Virus record (IMG/VR): IMGVR_UViG_3300048857_000044 | Span: 1 to 28,645 of that record | Strand: one strand, 5' to 3' | Length of the DNA: 28,645 bases | DNA from: a virus | Lineage: Duplodnaviria > Caudoviricetes | Shown: one piece after another, positions 15,287 to 24,660 of the stretch | Layout: each line of letters starts with the position of its first letter | Numbering within the stretch: the stretch's first letter is position 1 | The notes under the pieces: model-generated | Seen by the model: the letters and a program-made list of their open reading frames with translations, nothing else | Told to the model about the DNA's origin: nothing | The model's database searches: none | Position numbers and translations under genes: made by a program

Positions 15287-17244
15287 CAGCGGCCTCCCAT
15301 AGCGGAGACACCGAACCGACCCTTGAGCGACTTGTCGAGTTTCCCGCTTGAGATCATGCCGCTCAGAGCCTGCTCTAATTGCACCTCAAGGCGTGGTCCC
15401 TGCGGGCCGTTCGTCTGCCGCGTTTGCACCTGTGCGCCTGCATTGTTGATGATCTGAACCTGCATGCCGCCGCCAGAGCCGCCGCGAGGCAGCGCATGGT
15501 TCGGAATGATCGTCCCGTTCCGGCCGAAGGTAGCAAGCTCGGGGCCATTCTCGCCCACGAGATAGGTCTTGCCGGATTGGACAGAGCCGCCCGAAGCGCG
15601 CGCGCCGCCGAAGCCCTTCATAAGTTCGCTGAACAGGCCGCCGAGACCGCCGCCAGAGCCAGCCTTCGGGTCGAAGATGCTGTTGATCGCGATGTCAATC
15701 AGCCGGTCACCCACGCGGGCCAAGGCATTCTGAAGGGCATCAGCCGCGCTCACTCCTTTCATGAGGTCGGAGACGAAGCCCTTGAGCGTGGAGCTCGCCA
15801 GGTTCTGAAGCTCTTGCTGAGAGGCGTTGACCGCCTTCAGCTTGTCACTCATCTGGGCGTATGTCTCGGCCAGTTGTTCAACCTGGGCGCGCTCGTCCGT
15901 CGTGAGTGTGCGTTTCTCGCGGCGGAGGTTGTTCTCAACCTCCATGATCATGCGGGCCTTCTCGCGCTCCGCATTGCTCTTGCCGAGCATCTCAAACTCA
16001 AGTTCCAGCGCCCGGGTCGCCTCTTGGATGTCCCCGATTTCGCGAGCGAAGGGGTCTTCCTTCGGCTTGCGGCGAGATGCGCGTTCTGCTTCCCTGCGAG
16101 CCTTCTCGGCGGCTTCTTCCGCCTCGCGGTCCCTGATGCGCTGGGTTGCGTCTACAAAAGCAGCGTCCACCTGAGCCCGTTCGCCAGGCGTCCGCGCGTT
16201 GTCGATGGCCTTCTTATAGGCCTCCGACGCCTTGTCAGCATCCGACAGGGACGGCAGGGCAATCTTGGACAGTTCGGTCAGAGCATCCTTCAGCTCCTTG
16301 ACGGAGCCAACCTGGCCCGAGGCCACGTCACCAATCAGACCGATGGCGCGGCGAGCAGCGTCAAGAGCGTTCTCAACATCGTAGGCTTCTTTCGAGAGCG
16401 CCAGGATCTCAGAGGCAAGCTTCTGGATCTTCTCATCGCCGGCATTGGCGTTGGCAATAGCCGCGACCTCAGACTGAAAGGCCCGGATATTCGGGGCCCC
16501 GTTCTGGGCTTCCTCTTGCAGCCTGCGGATGGCAGACGCGAAAGCATCGTACTTCGCTTCGACCTGATCAATGGCGTCCGCATCGACCTCGATCGTGCCG
16601 ATGTTGGTCATCTGACCCGAAGGTGCAGCCGAGAGCGTCCGAGCGGTGGCCCGGGCGAGTTTCTCTAACTCATCCTGCAGTTTGACGATCGAAGCGCGGG
16701 TCTGTGCCTCGAGGACGACCGTGCTCTGCTTGGCGTAGTCCTCAAGCCCTTCCGCCGCCTCGCCGTAGGCGTCCTTGATCTGCTTGATGAGATCGGCATG
16801 GGTTTTCAGTTTGTCGTCCAGCGTCTCCGTGTCGCTGATCATGCCCGAGACATACTGGATCGCCGCGCCACCTAGCGCGATGATGCCGATCGTCGCGAGG
16901 CTGATCGGGCTCACGACCGAAGCGAACGCCGCGCCAAGCGACTTGACCGCGCCGGCCGCGCCGCCCTTGCTCTCGCCCAAGACAGCCGCGATCTGCGTGC
17001 CCTGCTGAAGGGCGACAGTGAGAGGCGAGGTGCCGCTCGCAAGCTGAACGCCGATGTCCTGAAACTGCGCCGCCAGGTTGGCTGTCTGACCTTGAAGATT
17101 GTCGTTCACCGCTTTGAAGCGGGTCTCGATCTTCTTGGTCTCCTTCTCGACCGATCCTGTAAGCTTCTGCAACTCCTTGTTGAATGTCGTAAACCTCGCC
17201 TCCATGGAGACGACAAGGCGTTGCATATCGACAGCTTCAGCCAT
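15286..17244 (-). CDS. Tail length tape measure protein
   Basis: NLAAQFQDIGVQL...LQQGTQI and C-terminal RASGGSV..GKTYLVGENGPE motifs. Confidence 0.93.
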   Translation of the reverse strand: MAEAVDMQRLVVSMEARFTTFNKELQKLTGSVEKETKKIETRFKAVNDNLQGQTANLAAQFQDIGVQLASGTSPLTVALQQGTQIAAVLGESKGGAAGAVKSLGAAFASVVSPISLATIGIIALGGAAIQYVSGMISDTETLDDKLKTHADLIKQIKDAYGEAAEGLEDYAKQSTVVLEAQTRASIVKLQDELEKLARATARTLSAAPSGQMTNIGTIEVDADAIDQVEAKYDAFASAIRRLQEEAQNGAPNIRAFQSEVAAIANANAGDEKIQKLASEILALSKEAYDVENALDAARRAIGLIGDVASGQVGSVKELKDALTELSKIALPSLSDADKASEAYKKAIDNARTPGERAQVDAAFVDATQRIRDREAEEAAEKARREAERASRRKPKEDPFAREIGDIQEATRALELEFEMLGKSNAEREKARMIMEVENNLRREKRTLTTDERAQVEQLAETYAQMSDKLKAVNASQQELQNLASSTLKGFVSDLMKGVSAADALQNALARVGDRLIDIAINSIFDPKAGSGGGLGGLFSELMKGFGGARASGGSVQSGKTYLVGENGPELATFGRNGTIIPNHALPRGGSGGGMQVQIINNAGAQVQTRQTNGPQGPRLEVQLEQALSGMISSGKLDKSLKGRFGVSAMGGR

Positions 17245-17473
17245 TGGATCCTAGCCTCTCCACGAGGTCGTAATATTCTTCAGCCGTTGGGGCTTCGATG
17301 GGCTCTTCAGCCCCTTGCGAGGTATTCCAGCCATCGACCGCAGCAGCGAACTCCCAGAGGGTCATCTCGCGGATCTGTGCGGGCGTGAACCCTACGACTG
17401 CGCCTGTTCCATAGAGGGCGGCGGCGGAGAGGCGTTCTGCCCCGGCGCTTCCGTCGCCGCGTCGTCTTTTCCC
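17237..17473 (-). CDS. Tail assembly chaperone -1 frameshift extension (lambda gpGT-like)
   Basis: Slippery G GGA AAA at 17473-17467; the -1 frame stays open through LYGTGAVVGFTPAQIREMTLWEF... to TGA 17237. Confidence 0.7.
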   Translation of the reverse strand, partial: GKRRRGDGSAGAERLSAAALYGTGAVVGFTPAQIREMTLWEFAAAVDGWNTSQGAEEPIEAPTAEEYYDLVERLGSNG

Positions 17474-17793
17474 ACTTGCTCGCGGGTGTCGCCCACAAGA
17501 GCCTTCAGGAGGATGGCTCGCGCCAGGATCGCCGCCTCAAGCAGCCGGCCGGGAACGACGTTCTCCTCGACAAGGCTCTTGGCCCGCTTGGCATCCGTGC
17601 CGCCGCCCATGAGGCCGAGGCGGATCGGTTCTTTCAGGTCGGCAATGCGCCATTCGCCGCTGCCGATACGGTTCAGGACCGCAGCACAGCCGCAGTCGAG
17701 TTTCTCTTCCAGGGCGAGCAGCTCGCCAATGCCCAGACGGAAGACGCGCTCGTCTCCCGCCCAGACCTGTTCAAACGATGCGTCAGAACTCAC
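17392..17793 (-). CDS. Tail assembly chaperone (GTA-gp10-like)
   Basis: FRLGIGELLALEEK...IRLGLMGGG motif; between tail tube and TMP. Confidence 0.85.
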   Translation of the reverse strand: MSSDASFEQVWAGDERVFRLGIGELLALEEKLDCGCAAVLNRIGSGEWRIADLKEPIRLGLMGGGTDAKRAKSLVEENVVPGRLLEAAILARAILLKALVGDTREQVGKDDAATEAPGQNASPPPPSMEQAQS

Positions 17794-18233
17794 GGAGTCA
17801 CCGGCGCGACGTTAACCGGGCCGTCCGAGGTGAGCTCGATCTCGTACTGGATCAAGCCGTCCTGATCGCCGGTGATGTTGAACGTGGTGAGGTGATACTT
17901 GCCCTCATAGGTGCGCGGGCCGACTGCGTAGTCGATCACCACGCGGACATTGCGCGAGTCCACGTCTTCGAAGAACTCTTCCCAGGTCGTGATGCTTTCC
18001 TGCGCCAGCGTGCCCGATCCGGTGATGCCGGAAGACAGGGCGCCCTTGGCTCTCTCCGTCCAGACCGGAGCATCCGGATCCGAGCAGTCGGCCACGTTGA
18101 AGTCGTTCGTGGAGGCCGAGCGATTGAAGGACTTGGTATTCAGAGCGCAGGGAGCGGCGAAGACTTCGGGATCGGCACCGTCACCGATCATGATAAGCAG
18201 CTTCGAGCCGCGCAGGGTAGTTGGGCGAGCCAT
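17790..18233 (-). CDS. Major tail tube protein
   Basis: GSKLLIMIGDGADPEVF..PC.L...DC.DPD.P.W...SDG. Confidence 0.9.
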   Translation of the reverse strand: MARPTTLRGSKLLIMIGDGADPEVFAAPCALNTKSFNRSASTNDFNVADCSDPDAPVWTERAKGALSSGITGSGTLAQESITTWEEFFEDVDSRNVRVVIDYAVGPRTYEGKYHLTTFNITGDQDGLIQYEIELTSDGPVNVAPVTP

Positions 18234-18256
18234 TACAGTTCTCCGATGTGAGAGGG

Positions 18257-18655
18257 TTAGTCTTTGGGCTGGGTTAGTGCCCGGAGCTGGATGCGAGCGC
18301 GGCTCGTCAATCCATCGCTGTCGCGCTCATACGCAATCGTCTCAATCTTCATGAGTTCAAGCGTATGACCGGAAAGGGTAAGGTCGCCATTGTGGAGGCG
18401 CGAACGGATGGCCGAGGCGATTTCCTTCACCTCTGGAAAGCCGACCTTGCGCGACCAAGCATCGATCTGGATCGTGCTCTCCGTGCCTTCGTAGCAGTCT
18501 TCGTCCACCGGGACCGATTGACCGCCGCCGACCGTAATGCGCGGGAAAGGATTGCTATCAGGCACTCGGTCGAAGACGTTGGCGCCGGCTGGCGTGCCAA
18601 GAGCCTTCAGGGCGGCCACGATAGCGCCCTGAAGGGCGAGCGACGGATCGCTCAT
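18257..18655 (-). CDS. Tail terminator (DUF3168-like)
   Basis: LALQGAIVAAL...VFDRVP...FP.I...IDAWSR..G..EVKEI. Confidence 0.88.
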   Translation of the reverse strand: MSDPSLALQGAIVAALKALGTPAGANVFDRVPDSNPFPRITVGGGQSVPVDEDCYEGTESTIQIDAWSRKVGFPEVKEIASAIRSRLHNGDLTLSGHTLELMKIETIAYERDSDGLTSRARIQLRALTQPKD

Positions 18656-19061
18656 GTTTTCCCTGCGATTGTCTTGGCGGCCTTGCGGGTGGCTCTGGTG
18701 AGACGGCCGCGCACACGACGGCGCGATAGGCGGGGAAGAAGAAGGGTCGGCCGACCATTTTCACAGTGCCGAATTCAACCCATCTGGCGTAGAACGCACG
18801 CTCGTTGCCCGCATAGACCGTCACCCGCAGGTCAGCCTCATCCGACTTGGCCTCGGCAAGAACCATTGAGCCTTTTGGCGCGGCACCGAATGTCCAACCG
18901 ATGGAGGCCCTCAGGTCGCCGTCATCAACAGGGACCAAGCGGCGGGCAAAATCGGCAATCTCTTCCGCATTCTGCTCAAGTGCCGCTCGGATCTCGTTCT
19001 TGGCGGCATCAGGCAGCGCCTTGAGCTTGGCCCGCAACTGCGCGATGCCCTCAACGGCCAT
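18652..19061 (-). pseudogene. HK97 gp10-like tail component, frameshifted near 18720
   Basis: VPVDDGDLRASI and YARWVEFGT...PFFFPA motifs; the basic C-terminus RRRVRGRLTRATRKAAK lies in another frame ending in an ATGA overlap at 18652-18655. Confidence 0.75.
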
Positions 19062-19064
19062 GGC

Positions 19065-19250
19065 TTAGGCCTTAGCCTTGCTCTCAGCCTTCGCCGGGGT
19101 CTCGGCCACGTCCTCGATCACGCCGGCAGCCTTGGCCGCCTCATAGTGTGCTTCGGGGATGCGGTAGTCCTTGCCGCCCGTGTAAGCGACCTGGCGCTGA
19201 CCGTCGATGCGGTAGGTGTAATCCTTGGTGAACTTCACTTTCTGGGCCAT
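19065..19250 (-). CDS. Small phage protein (MAQKVKFTKDY...)
   Basis: AGGAG RBS, 61 aa, in operon. Confidence 0.7.
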   Translation of the reverse strand: MAQKVKFTKDYTYRIDGQRQVAYTGGKDYRIPEAHYEAAKAAGVIEDVAETPAKAESKAKA

Positions 19251-19261
19251 GGGTGTTCTCC

Positions 19262-19612
19262 TTAACTCACACCGCCGAGGGTGCAGGACAGGAGGCGGAA
19301 CTGCCTCCGGTACTCTTCCGGGTCTGTGACACTGAGGATGGCGAAGACGCGCTTGGGATCTCTCGCGTCCACTGCCCGCCATTCGGTCTGGATGGTTGCG
19401 GTCTGAGAGGACCAGCGCACCCAAACATCGACAGGGTTGACGCCCTGCAAGCGCTGAGCGGTGACGGTCTCTCGGCCAGGCGAAGTCGTCACCCTGGCGG
19501 CAACCGTGAACTGATCAGCCCAAGGGCCGGAAATCTCATTGCCATAGCCGTCATTCACGACGCCTCTGGCTTGGAAAGTGACCCGGTCTCTAAGCTGGCC
19601 AGCTGAAAGCAT
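19262..19612 (-). CDS. Head closure/head-tail adaptor (SPP1 gp16-like)
   Basis: AGQLRDRVTFQ...DGYGN...W motif. Confidence 0.88.
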   Translation of the reverse strand: MLSAGQLRDRVTFQARGVVNDGYGNEISGPWADQFTVAARVTTSPGRETVTAQRLQGVNPVDVWVRWSSQTATIQTEWRAVDARDPKRVFAILSVTDPEEYRRQFRLLSCTLGGVS

Positions 19613-19658
19613 TGATTAACCCTGTCGAAGCGGCTCAATCGCGCGGTTTGTGGATAAG

Positions 19659-19819
19659 GATGGGGACAGAAAGCAGGCGCCCTTCGAGGTAAAATCGCCC
19701 GCAATAAGTTCCGTCAGAAGGCGCCGAAATTTTCGTTTCAGCAGAAAGGTTTGATTCAGGATCTGGGGCCCAAAACCCGCGCCTGTTTTCGCGTACCCAG
19801 GTGCTTCTGTGTCCCCATC
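19659..19819 (+). ncRNA. Putative structured RNA or inverted-repeat element
   Basis: GATGGGGACA/TGTCCCCATC outer stem; GAAAGCAGGCGC (19669-80) pairs with GCGCCTGTTTTC (19779-90). Confidence 0.35.
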
Positions 19820-19997
19820 AAAGCTTCATATTCTCTTCACTGTGGTTGCCCTGATCACGCTCGGGAAGGCACCCGTCGTAGCGCCTGTTAGAAACCCCGA
19901 TGCTCAGACAGCAATCAGGATGTCAGTCACGCGAGATCCAGATGCATAGGGCTGCGCGTCCATAAAATAGCCACGGTCGAACGGCTTAGATTGCCTA

Positions 19998-20516
19998 TGC
20001 GGTCTTGCCCCCAAGCCGCGAGCGCCTCGGCTGAGAGTCCCTGAACCCGATCTTCTCAGCCGAGGCGCATCTATTATGTAGCTACTCCCGATGCTGAGAG
20101 CAGCTCTTTTTGGCTCACATCTTTCACCTTTTGAGATGTTGAGACATGGCCAGAGTGGCTTATCCTCTTTCTCGTGGTTGTTGTGTACCCCTACGGGAAC
20201 CACAAGCGCCCTGGCTGAAGGTTTCTGAACCTTCCTTCAGGCAGGGCGCTCCAACTCAAAACACTGAATGTTTACCATCGTAGGACAGGATGATCTTGCC
20301 GGGCGAGTTGCGTATCAGCCCGAACAGACGCGGAGCCCTTACCTCCGCTTAGCGCCCTGGTTGAGGTGTCGACAAAGTCCTCAGCCGGGGCGTTTTCGTT
20401 CGTGAAGCAACTTTCTCTTCATTGCTCCCGCACTATGGTTGCCCTGCGGTGTTGCAACCGGCATCGCATGCGCCCTGGCTGAGATTTCCCAAGACAGCAC
20501 TCTTAGCTGGGGCGCA
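19998..20516 (+). repeat. Array of four two-hairpin units with conserved stem GCGCCYYGGYTGAR...YTYAGCYRRGGCGY (putative sRNAs)
   Basis: Stems at 20022-20068, 20205-20250, 20351-20394 and 20469-20516, with compensatory and G-U changes; no credible ORF. Confidence 0.75.
20139..20166 (+). promoter_or_regulatory. Candidate sigma70 promoter for the second hairpin unit
   Basis: TTGAGA-N16-TATCCT ending 7 bp before that unit's first hairpin. Confidence 0.45.
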
Positions 20517-20521
20517 CAGTC

Positions 20522-21097
20522 TCACATCCCCCACACGCGGAAGGCCTCGCGCATTTCCTTGATGATCGGATCCTCAACCAGGTCCGATCTCAGCAACTCG
20601 CCGCGCGCAGCGTAGAGACGAGCCACCATGAGGCAGACAAGGTGCTTCGCCTTAGCCGGCACGTCAGCGTCTGGGTACCCGGCTACGAACTCGACAGATA
20701 CCGCGTCGTCGCGGTCCGCGAGACCCACATAGTCAAAGCCAGAAGCGAACCTGATGTACGGGGTGCCGGCGCTGTCGGTGAGCAGGGTCGAATAACTCAC
20801 AGCGGGGACATCGCTCTCCGTGCCATCCGCGTGCACGTAACTAATCTTGGTGATGCTCTGGACCGGACGGAGCTTGAATTCAATCACCCCGCCACAGGGC
20901 CAGCAGCGGGAGTACTGCTTCCAGGTCTGCTGGCCAAAGGCTCGCCCGAGCCCTCCCTCCTTACCATCAAGGGTTTCCGTTGCCGTGGCGATCAATGCCT
21001 CGACATAGGTCTTCTCATCATCATGATCGAGACGAAGGTGAGCCTTCGCCTCTTCATAGGCGACGATAGGTGCAGGAGGGGTTACACGGACGAGCAT
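20522..21097 (-). CDS. Head-tail connector (HK97 gp6-like)
   Basis: EEAKAHLRLDHDDE..YVEALI..A...LGRA...QTW; V.F.AGY. Confidence 0.88.
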   Translation of the reverse strand: MLVRVTPPAPIVAYEEAKAHLRLDHDDEKTYVEALIATATETLDGKEGGLGRAFGQQTWKQYSRCWPCGGVIEFKLRPVQSITKISYVHADGTESDVPAVSYSTLLTDSAGTPYIRFASGFDYVGLADRDDAVSVEFVAGYPDADVPAKAKHLVCLMVARLYAARGELLRSDLVEDPIIKEMREAFRVWGM

Positions 21098-21100
21098 GGC

Positions 21101-21292
21101 TTAGTCCTGCTTCCCCTTGCCCTTCGGCTCGGGGGCTTTCTTCTCATCGTCCGAAGGCGCCCTGCCCTTCACTTCCTCGGCCAGACCGGCCTTCAGAAGA
21201 TCCTTGGCCTGGACATCGGACAGTTCGGCGGTCGAGCCACGGCGGATGTTGCCGCTGCCGACGCGGAACGTTCTCAACGCTTTGATCTGCAT
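21101..21292 (-). CDS. Small phage protein after the capsid gene
   Basis: AGGAG RBS; IKALRTF...L...GLAEE with Lys-rich tail. Confidence 0.75.
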   Translation of the reverse strand: MQIKALRTFRVGSGNIRRGSTAELSDVQAKDLLKAGLAEEVKGRAPSDDEKKAPEPKGKGKQD

Positions 21293-21347
21293 GATGCTCT
21301 CCTATGGATCGGGCCGCCTCGGGATGAAGCGACCCGTCATGCCAGGA

Positions 21348-22559
21348 TTAAGGGGTGACGGCGGTGCCGAAGGCGCCGGTGACGAACGCCTCGGGCCGCT
21401 TGACGGCAAGCGCCAGGCGCTCTTCGCAGCGGATCGAGATCATGTTCTTCTCGAAGTCGTCGACGTTCTCGGTGGAGATCACCACGTTGGCGTCCTCGCG
21501 GTCGAAGATCTGAGCGCCGGTCTGGAACGCACCAGCCAGGAACTCACCTTCGAACTCGGGGACTTCCGTCTCGACCACCGGACGGCCCCAGAGGGTCGGG
21601 CCGGCCAGGCGCAGCGGGTTGGCCAGGATGTAGCCGCCCGTCGTGTCCTTGGTGAGCTCAATCTTGGCCCATTCGATGTGATGGATCACGAACCCATCCA
21701 CCGGCAGACGAGCGAGCTGCGCCTGAAGGATCGCCAGACGCAGGTCATCGATGGCGGTCCGCGCAGCCGGCGCAAAGGCCGGAGCGAAGGCCGAGGCCTG
21801 AGGAACGATGCCCTCAAGGTGACCGCCCGTCCCTGAGCCGAACAGGATTTCCTGCTCCTCGACGTACTTCAGCCCGTAGCGCATCTCTGCATCCACGGTG
21901 GACTGGAGCTGAGCGAAGTCATCCATGATCTGCTTCGACGCCTTGAACATGTGCGCGATCGTGACGACCGGCGTGATCTTGGTATCGAAGGCGATGTCGC
22001 TGTACGGCTTGGCGGTGTTTTCCGCGACCACACGAGCTGCGTTCGTGAAGCCGGTCTGCTGCACCCAGAAGATCGCCGGGGATGTAGTACGGCCCGGAGC
22101 GATCAGATCGCGGATGAACAGGCGCTGCTTCGGCATCTGGTCAATGCCGGGCAGGCGCTGCGGGGGAACGACCCCTTCAGCCACCCCAGTGCTGATGAGC
22201 ACGTTCTTGACCGGGACGCTGACGCGGCGTCCGCCCTGAACGGACTTGGCGAAGTCCTTCATGGCGTCGCTTTCAACCGCCTGCTGGCCAATACTCTTGC
22301 GCTCTTCACCGCCCTGACCGCCGCGACGAGCCGCCTTCTGCTCGACATCGCCGAGACGAGCCGTCAGTTCTTCGACCTTGCCCGAAAGCGTGGTCTGCGC
22401 GGTGGCCATCTTGTCCACCTCGGCCTTGGTCTCTTCCGAGAGCTTGCCGGTGTTCTTCACCTCGGCCAAGCACTGCTCGGCCTTCTTGCTGAACTCATCG
22501 CTCACGCGCACGAGTTCGTTCGAGACCTGCTTGAGCAGGTCCTTGGTTTCATCAGCCAT
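21348..22559 (-). CDS. Major capsid protein, HK97 family
   Basis: Coiled-coil delta domain, LFIRDLI, ASKQIMDD and IRCEERLALAVKRPEAF; GGAGG RBS before ATG 22559. Confidence 0.96.
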   Translation of the reverse strand: MADETKDLLKQVSNELVRVSDEFSKKAEQCLAEVKNTGKLSEETKAEVDKMATAQTTLSGKVEELTARLGDVEQKAARRGGQGGEERKSIGQQAVESDAMKDFAKSVQGGRRVSVPVKNVLISTGVAEGVVPPQRLPGIDQMPKQRLFIRDLIAPGRTTSPAIFWVQQTGFTNAARVVAENTAKPYSDIAFDTKITPVVTIAHMFKASKQIMDDFAQLQSTVDAEMRYGLKYVEEQEILFGSGTGGHLEGIVPQASAFAPAFAPAARTAIDDLRLAILQAQLARLPVDGFVIHHIEWAKIELTKDTTGGYILANPLRLAGPTLWGRPVVETEVPEFEGEFLAGAFQTGAQIFDREDANVVISTENVDDFEKNMISIRCEERLALAVKRPEAFVTGAFGTAVTP

Positions 22560-22582
22560 TATAGCCTCCAAAATGCGGGGAG

Positions 22583-23440
22583 TTATGCTCTTGCGAGCTT
22601 GAGCCTCGCCAAGGCGAGGTTCAGGTGAGTGCTGCCATCCTCGGCAGCAGAGTCGCCAGCGCCCGGCATGGCGTGTCCGTTGGCAGCGCCCGGCATACCT
22701 TCGGAGATCTCTTTCATCAGCTTGCGCACCTCGGAACGGGGCACAGGCTTACCGGCCGTCAGAAGGGCTTCCATGCTATAGAGCGCCGGTGCCCGGTTCT
22801 GCGGCTTGTCTTCGGTGTCCATGTCGGTGACAGCGTCGGCAAAGCCCTTGTCGACTGCCTTCTGGCCGGCCATCCATGTCTCAGCGTCGAGCATGGCGCC
22901 GATATCCGCGACATCCTGACCGGTCCGCTTGGCGTACATGTCGGCGCTGGCCTGATCAAACACCTCCATGATGTCGTGGGTCTCTTTCATAACGTGCCGG
23001 TCGCCGGCTGCCACCCACTGTGTATTGTGGATCATCATGAAGCCGAGGCTGGCAATCTCGATACGATCCGCGGCCATGGCGATCACCGACGCTGCCGAAG
23101 CCGCGAGGCCAAGGATTTTGACAGTTACCTGGGCAGGATGCTCCCGGAGCATGTTGTAGATCGTCACGCCCTCAAAGAAGTCCCCGCCTGGGGAGTTGAT
23201 CAGGACCGTGACCGGCTTTTCACCGATCGAGCGAAGCGCCGCGCTGACCCGCTTGGCGGTGACGCCCTCTCCGGTCCACCAGTCAGTTCCGATCACGACG
23301 AGAACGCTGATGGTGTTCTCGGAAGCCGCGGCTTGAGGGGCTTCCAAGGGGCGGTAGAGTTTCACCGCCTTGTCGCTGAGCGAGAAAGAGCAATCCACCT
23401 TCTCAGGGCGGCGCATCTCAGGAAGCTTGCGGATGCTCAT
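22583..23440 (-). CDS. ClpP-like prohead protease
   Basis: INSPGGD, GLAASAASVIAMA, MMIHN and ETWM motifs. Confidence 0.95.
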   Translation of the reverse strand: MSIRKLPEMRRPEKVDCSFSLSDKAVKLYRPLEAPQAAASENTISVLVVIGTDWWTGEGVTAKRVSAALRSIGEKPVTVLINSPGGDFFEGVTIYNMLREHPAQVTVKILGLAASAASVIAMAADRIEIASLGFMMIHNTQWVAAGDRHVMKETHDIMEVFDQASADMYAKRTGQDVADIGAMLDAETWMAGQKAVDKGFADAVTDMDTEDKPQNRAPALYSMEALLTAGKPVPRSEVRKLMKEISEGMPGAANGHAMPGAGDSAAEDGSTHLNLALARLKLARA

Positions 23441-24660
23441 TCCTGGGTCTCCTTAGGCGCAGCTCCCTGCGCGATTTTGGTCCCTGCCATGGCGAGCGGG
23501 ATGAGGGTTGAATTAATCAGAAGCTGGTTGCCGCCCTCCATTGGGGGCAGGTTTTCCTTGCTGCGCATCTCGTTCGGCGTCATGCCGGCGCTCTGGACCA
23601 TCTTCGAATAGAACTCTGCGCGCCCCTGGCTGTTCGCCCGCAGTAGCCCCTCAACGTTGAACTCGGGGAAGTATCGGAGCTGCTCAGCGGGGGTAAGGAG
23701 CCGCTTGGAGATCGCCTGTTCAATCCGCTTCAGGTACGGACGCAGGCCCAGCGTCAGCCAGGACTGCATGATCTGCTCGACGCCAGAGCCCCACATGGTC
23801 TGCCCTTCGGCAGCGTGGCCGATCACGATCGGAGGCACACCGAGCCAGCGGCAGATCTCCTCGACGTTGAACTTCCGGGACAGGATCAGTTCGGCGTCAC
23901 GCGGCGAGATGTTAACCGCTTTGAAGTCAACGCCTGCCTCAAGGATGCCGACGCCCGGTGCGTCAGGGGCACTGTAGCGCTCCGCGAAGTTCTTCCGCGC
24001 CTGCTCCCGCTGCTCTTGGTCAAGCATGGTCGGGAAAGTGAAGAAGCCTTTCGCCCGCATTCCCTTGCTGAACGTCTGCCCTGCGGCCTTTTCCGTCGCG
24101 ACCGCGATCCCGAGCGTTTGACGGGCGTACTCGACCGGCGACATGCCCGTATCCCCATCGCCGAAGGCCTTGATGTGGAAGACCTTCTCCTCAGGAAGCT
24201 TCTCTTCCTTGCCCCGATCCACGAACCGGTACTCCAGGGCGCCACTCTCGAGACGGCGAACAACCGTGTCGGCGGGCATAGGGTTGAGAGCAACAAGACC
24301 GCTGCGACCTGAGACCTTTTCAGCATACCCATTCCCGGTAGTACAAAGCCCCAGAACCCGCCCCTCCCAGAATTCGACCGCTGTCTGGTCGGCATTCGGG
24401 CTATCATGGAGGAGCCTGTGAAGGATATGCGCCGGGGCTGGCTGTTTCTCGCCGGTTTCCTTCCGCTCGTAGACCGTCAAAGGCAGAGTCGCGATCGTCT
24501 GGGCTGTAATCCGGGCACATGCCCAGAAAGCCGACAGATTGAGCGCACCTTGGACCGACACCCGCTCGCCTGACCAGGTGTCGGACCCGCCAAGAACCTC
24601 ATAAAGGCCGTTGTCGCGGGCCGTCAGTTTCTTCCCGAACCAGCGGGTCCAAAAAGCCAT
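23437..24660 (-). CDS. Portal protein, HK97 family
   Basis: LHDSPN, GNGY, GMSPV, EEICRWLGVPP and TPNEMR..ENLPP motifs. Confidence 0.96.
   Translation of the reverse strand: MAFWTRWFGKKLTARDNGLYEVLGGSDTWSGERVSVQGALNLSAFWACARITAQTIATLPLTVYERKETGEKQPAPAHILHRLLHDSPNADQTAVEFWEGRVLGLCTTGNGYAEKVSGRSGLVALNPMPADTVVRRLESGALEYRFVDRGKEEKLPEEKVFHIKAFGDGDTGMSPVEYARQTLGIAVATEKAAGQTFSKGMRAKGFFTFPTMLDQEQREQARKNFAERYSAPDAPGVGILEAGVDFKAVNISPRDAELILSRKFNVEEICRWLGVPPIVIGHAAEGQTMWGSGVEQIMQSWLTLGLRPYLKRIEQAISKRLLTPAEQLRYFPEFNVEGLLRANSQGRAEFYSKMVQSAGMTPNEMRSKENLPPMEGGNQLLINSTLIPLAMAGTKIAQGAAPKETQE

Noticed and set aside
15379-16668. Long plus-strand ORFs opposite late genes (also 22625-23611, 26118-26972 and others)
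   Set aside because: Antisense shadow ORFs expected from high-GC codon bias; no recognisable motifs
19649-19657. Perfect DnaA box TGTGGATAA
   Set aside because: Single copy with no AT-rich unwinding region or box cluster; plausible by chance
19998-20516. CRISPR array interpretation of the hairpin repeats
   Set aside because: Irregular period (about 183, 146 and 118 bp), variability inside the hairpin loop, divergent repeats and no cas genes
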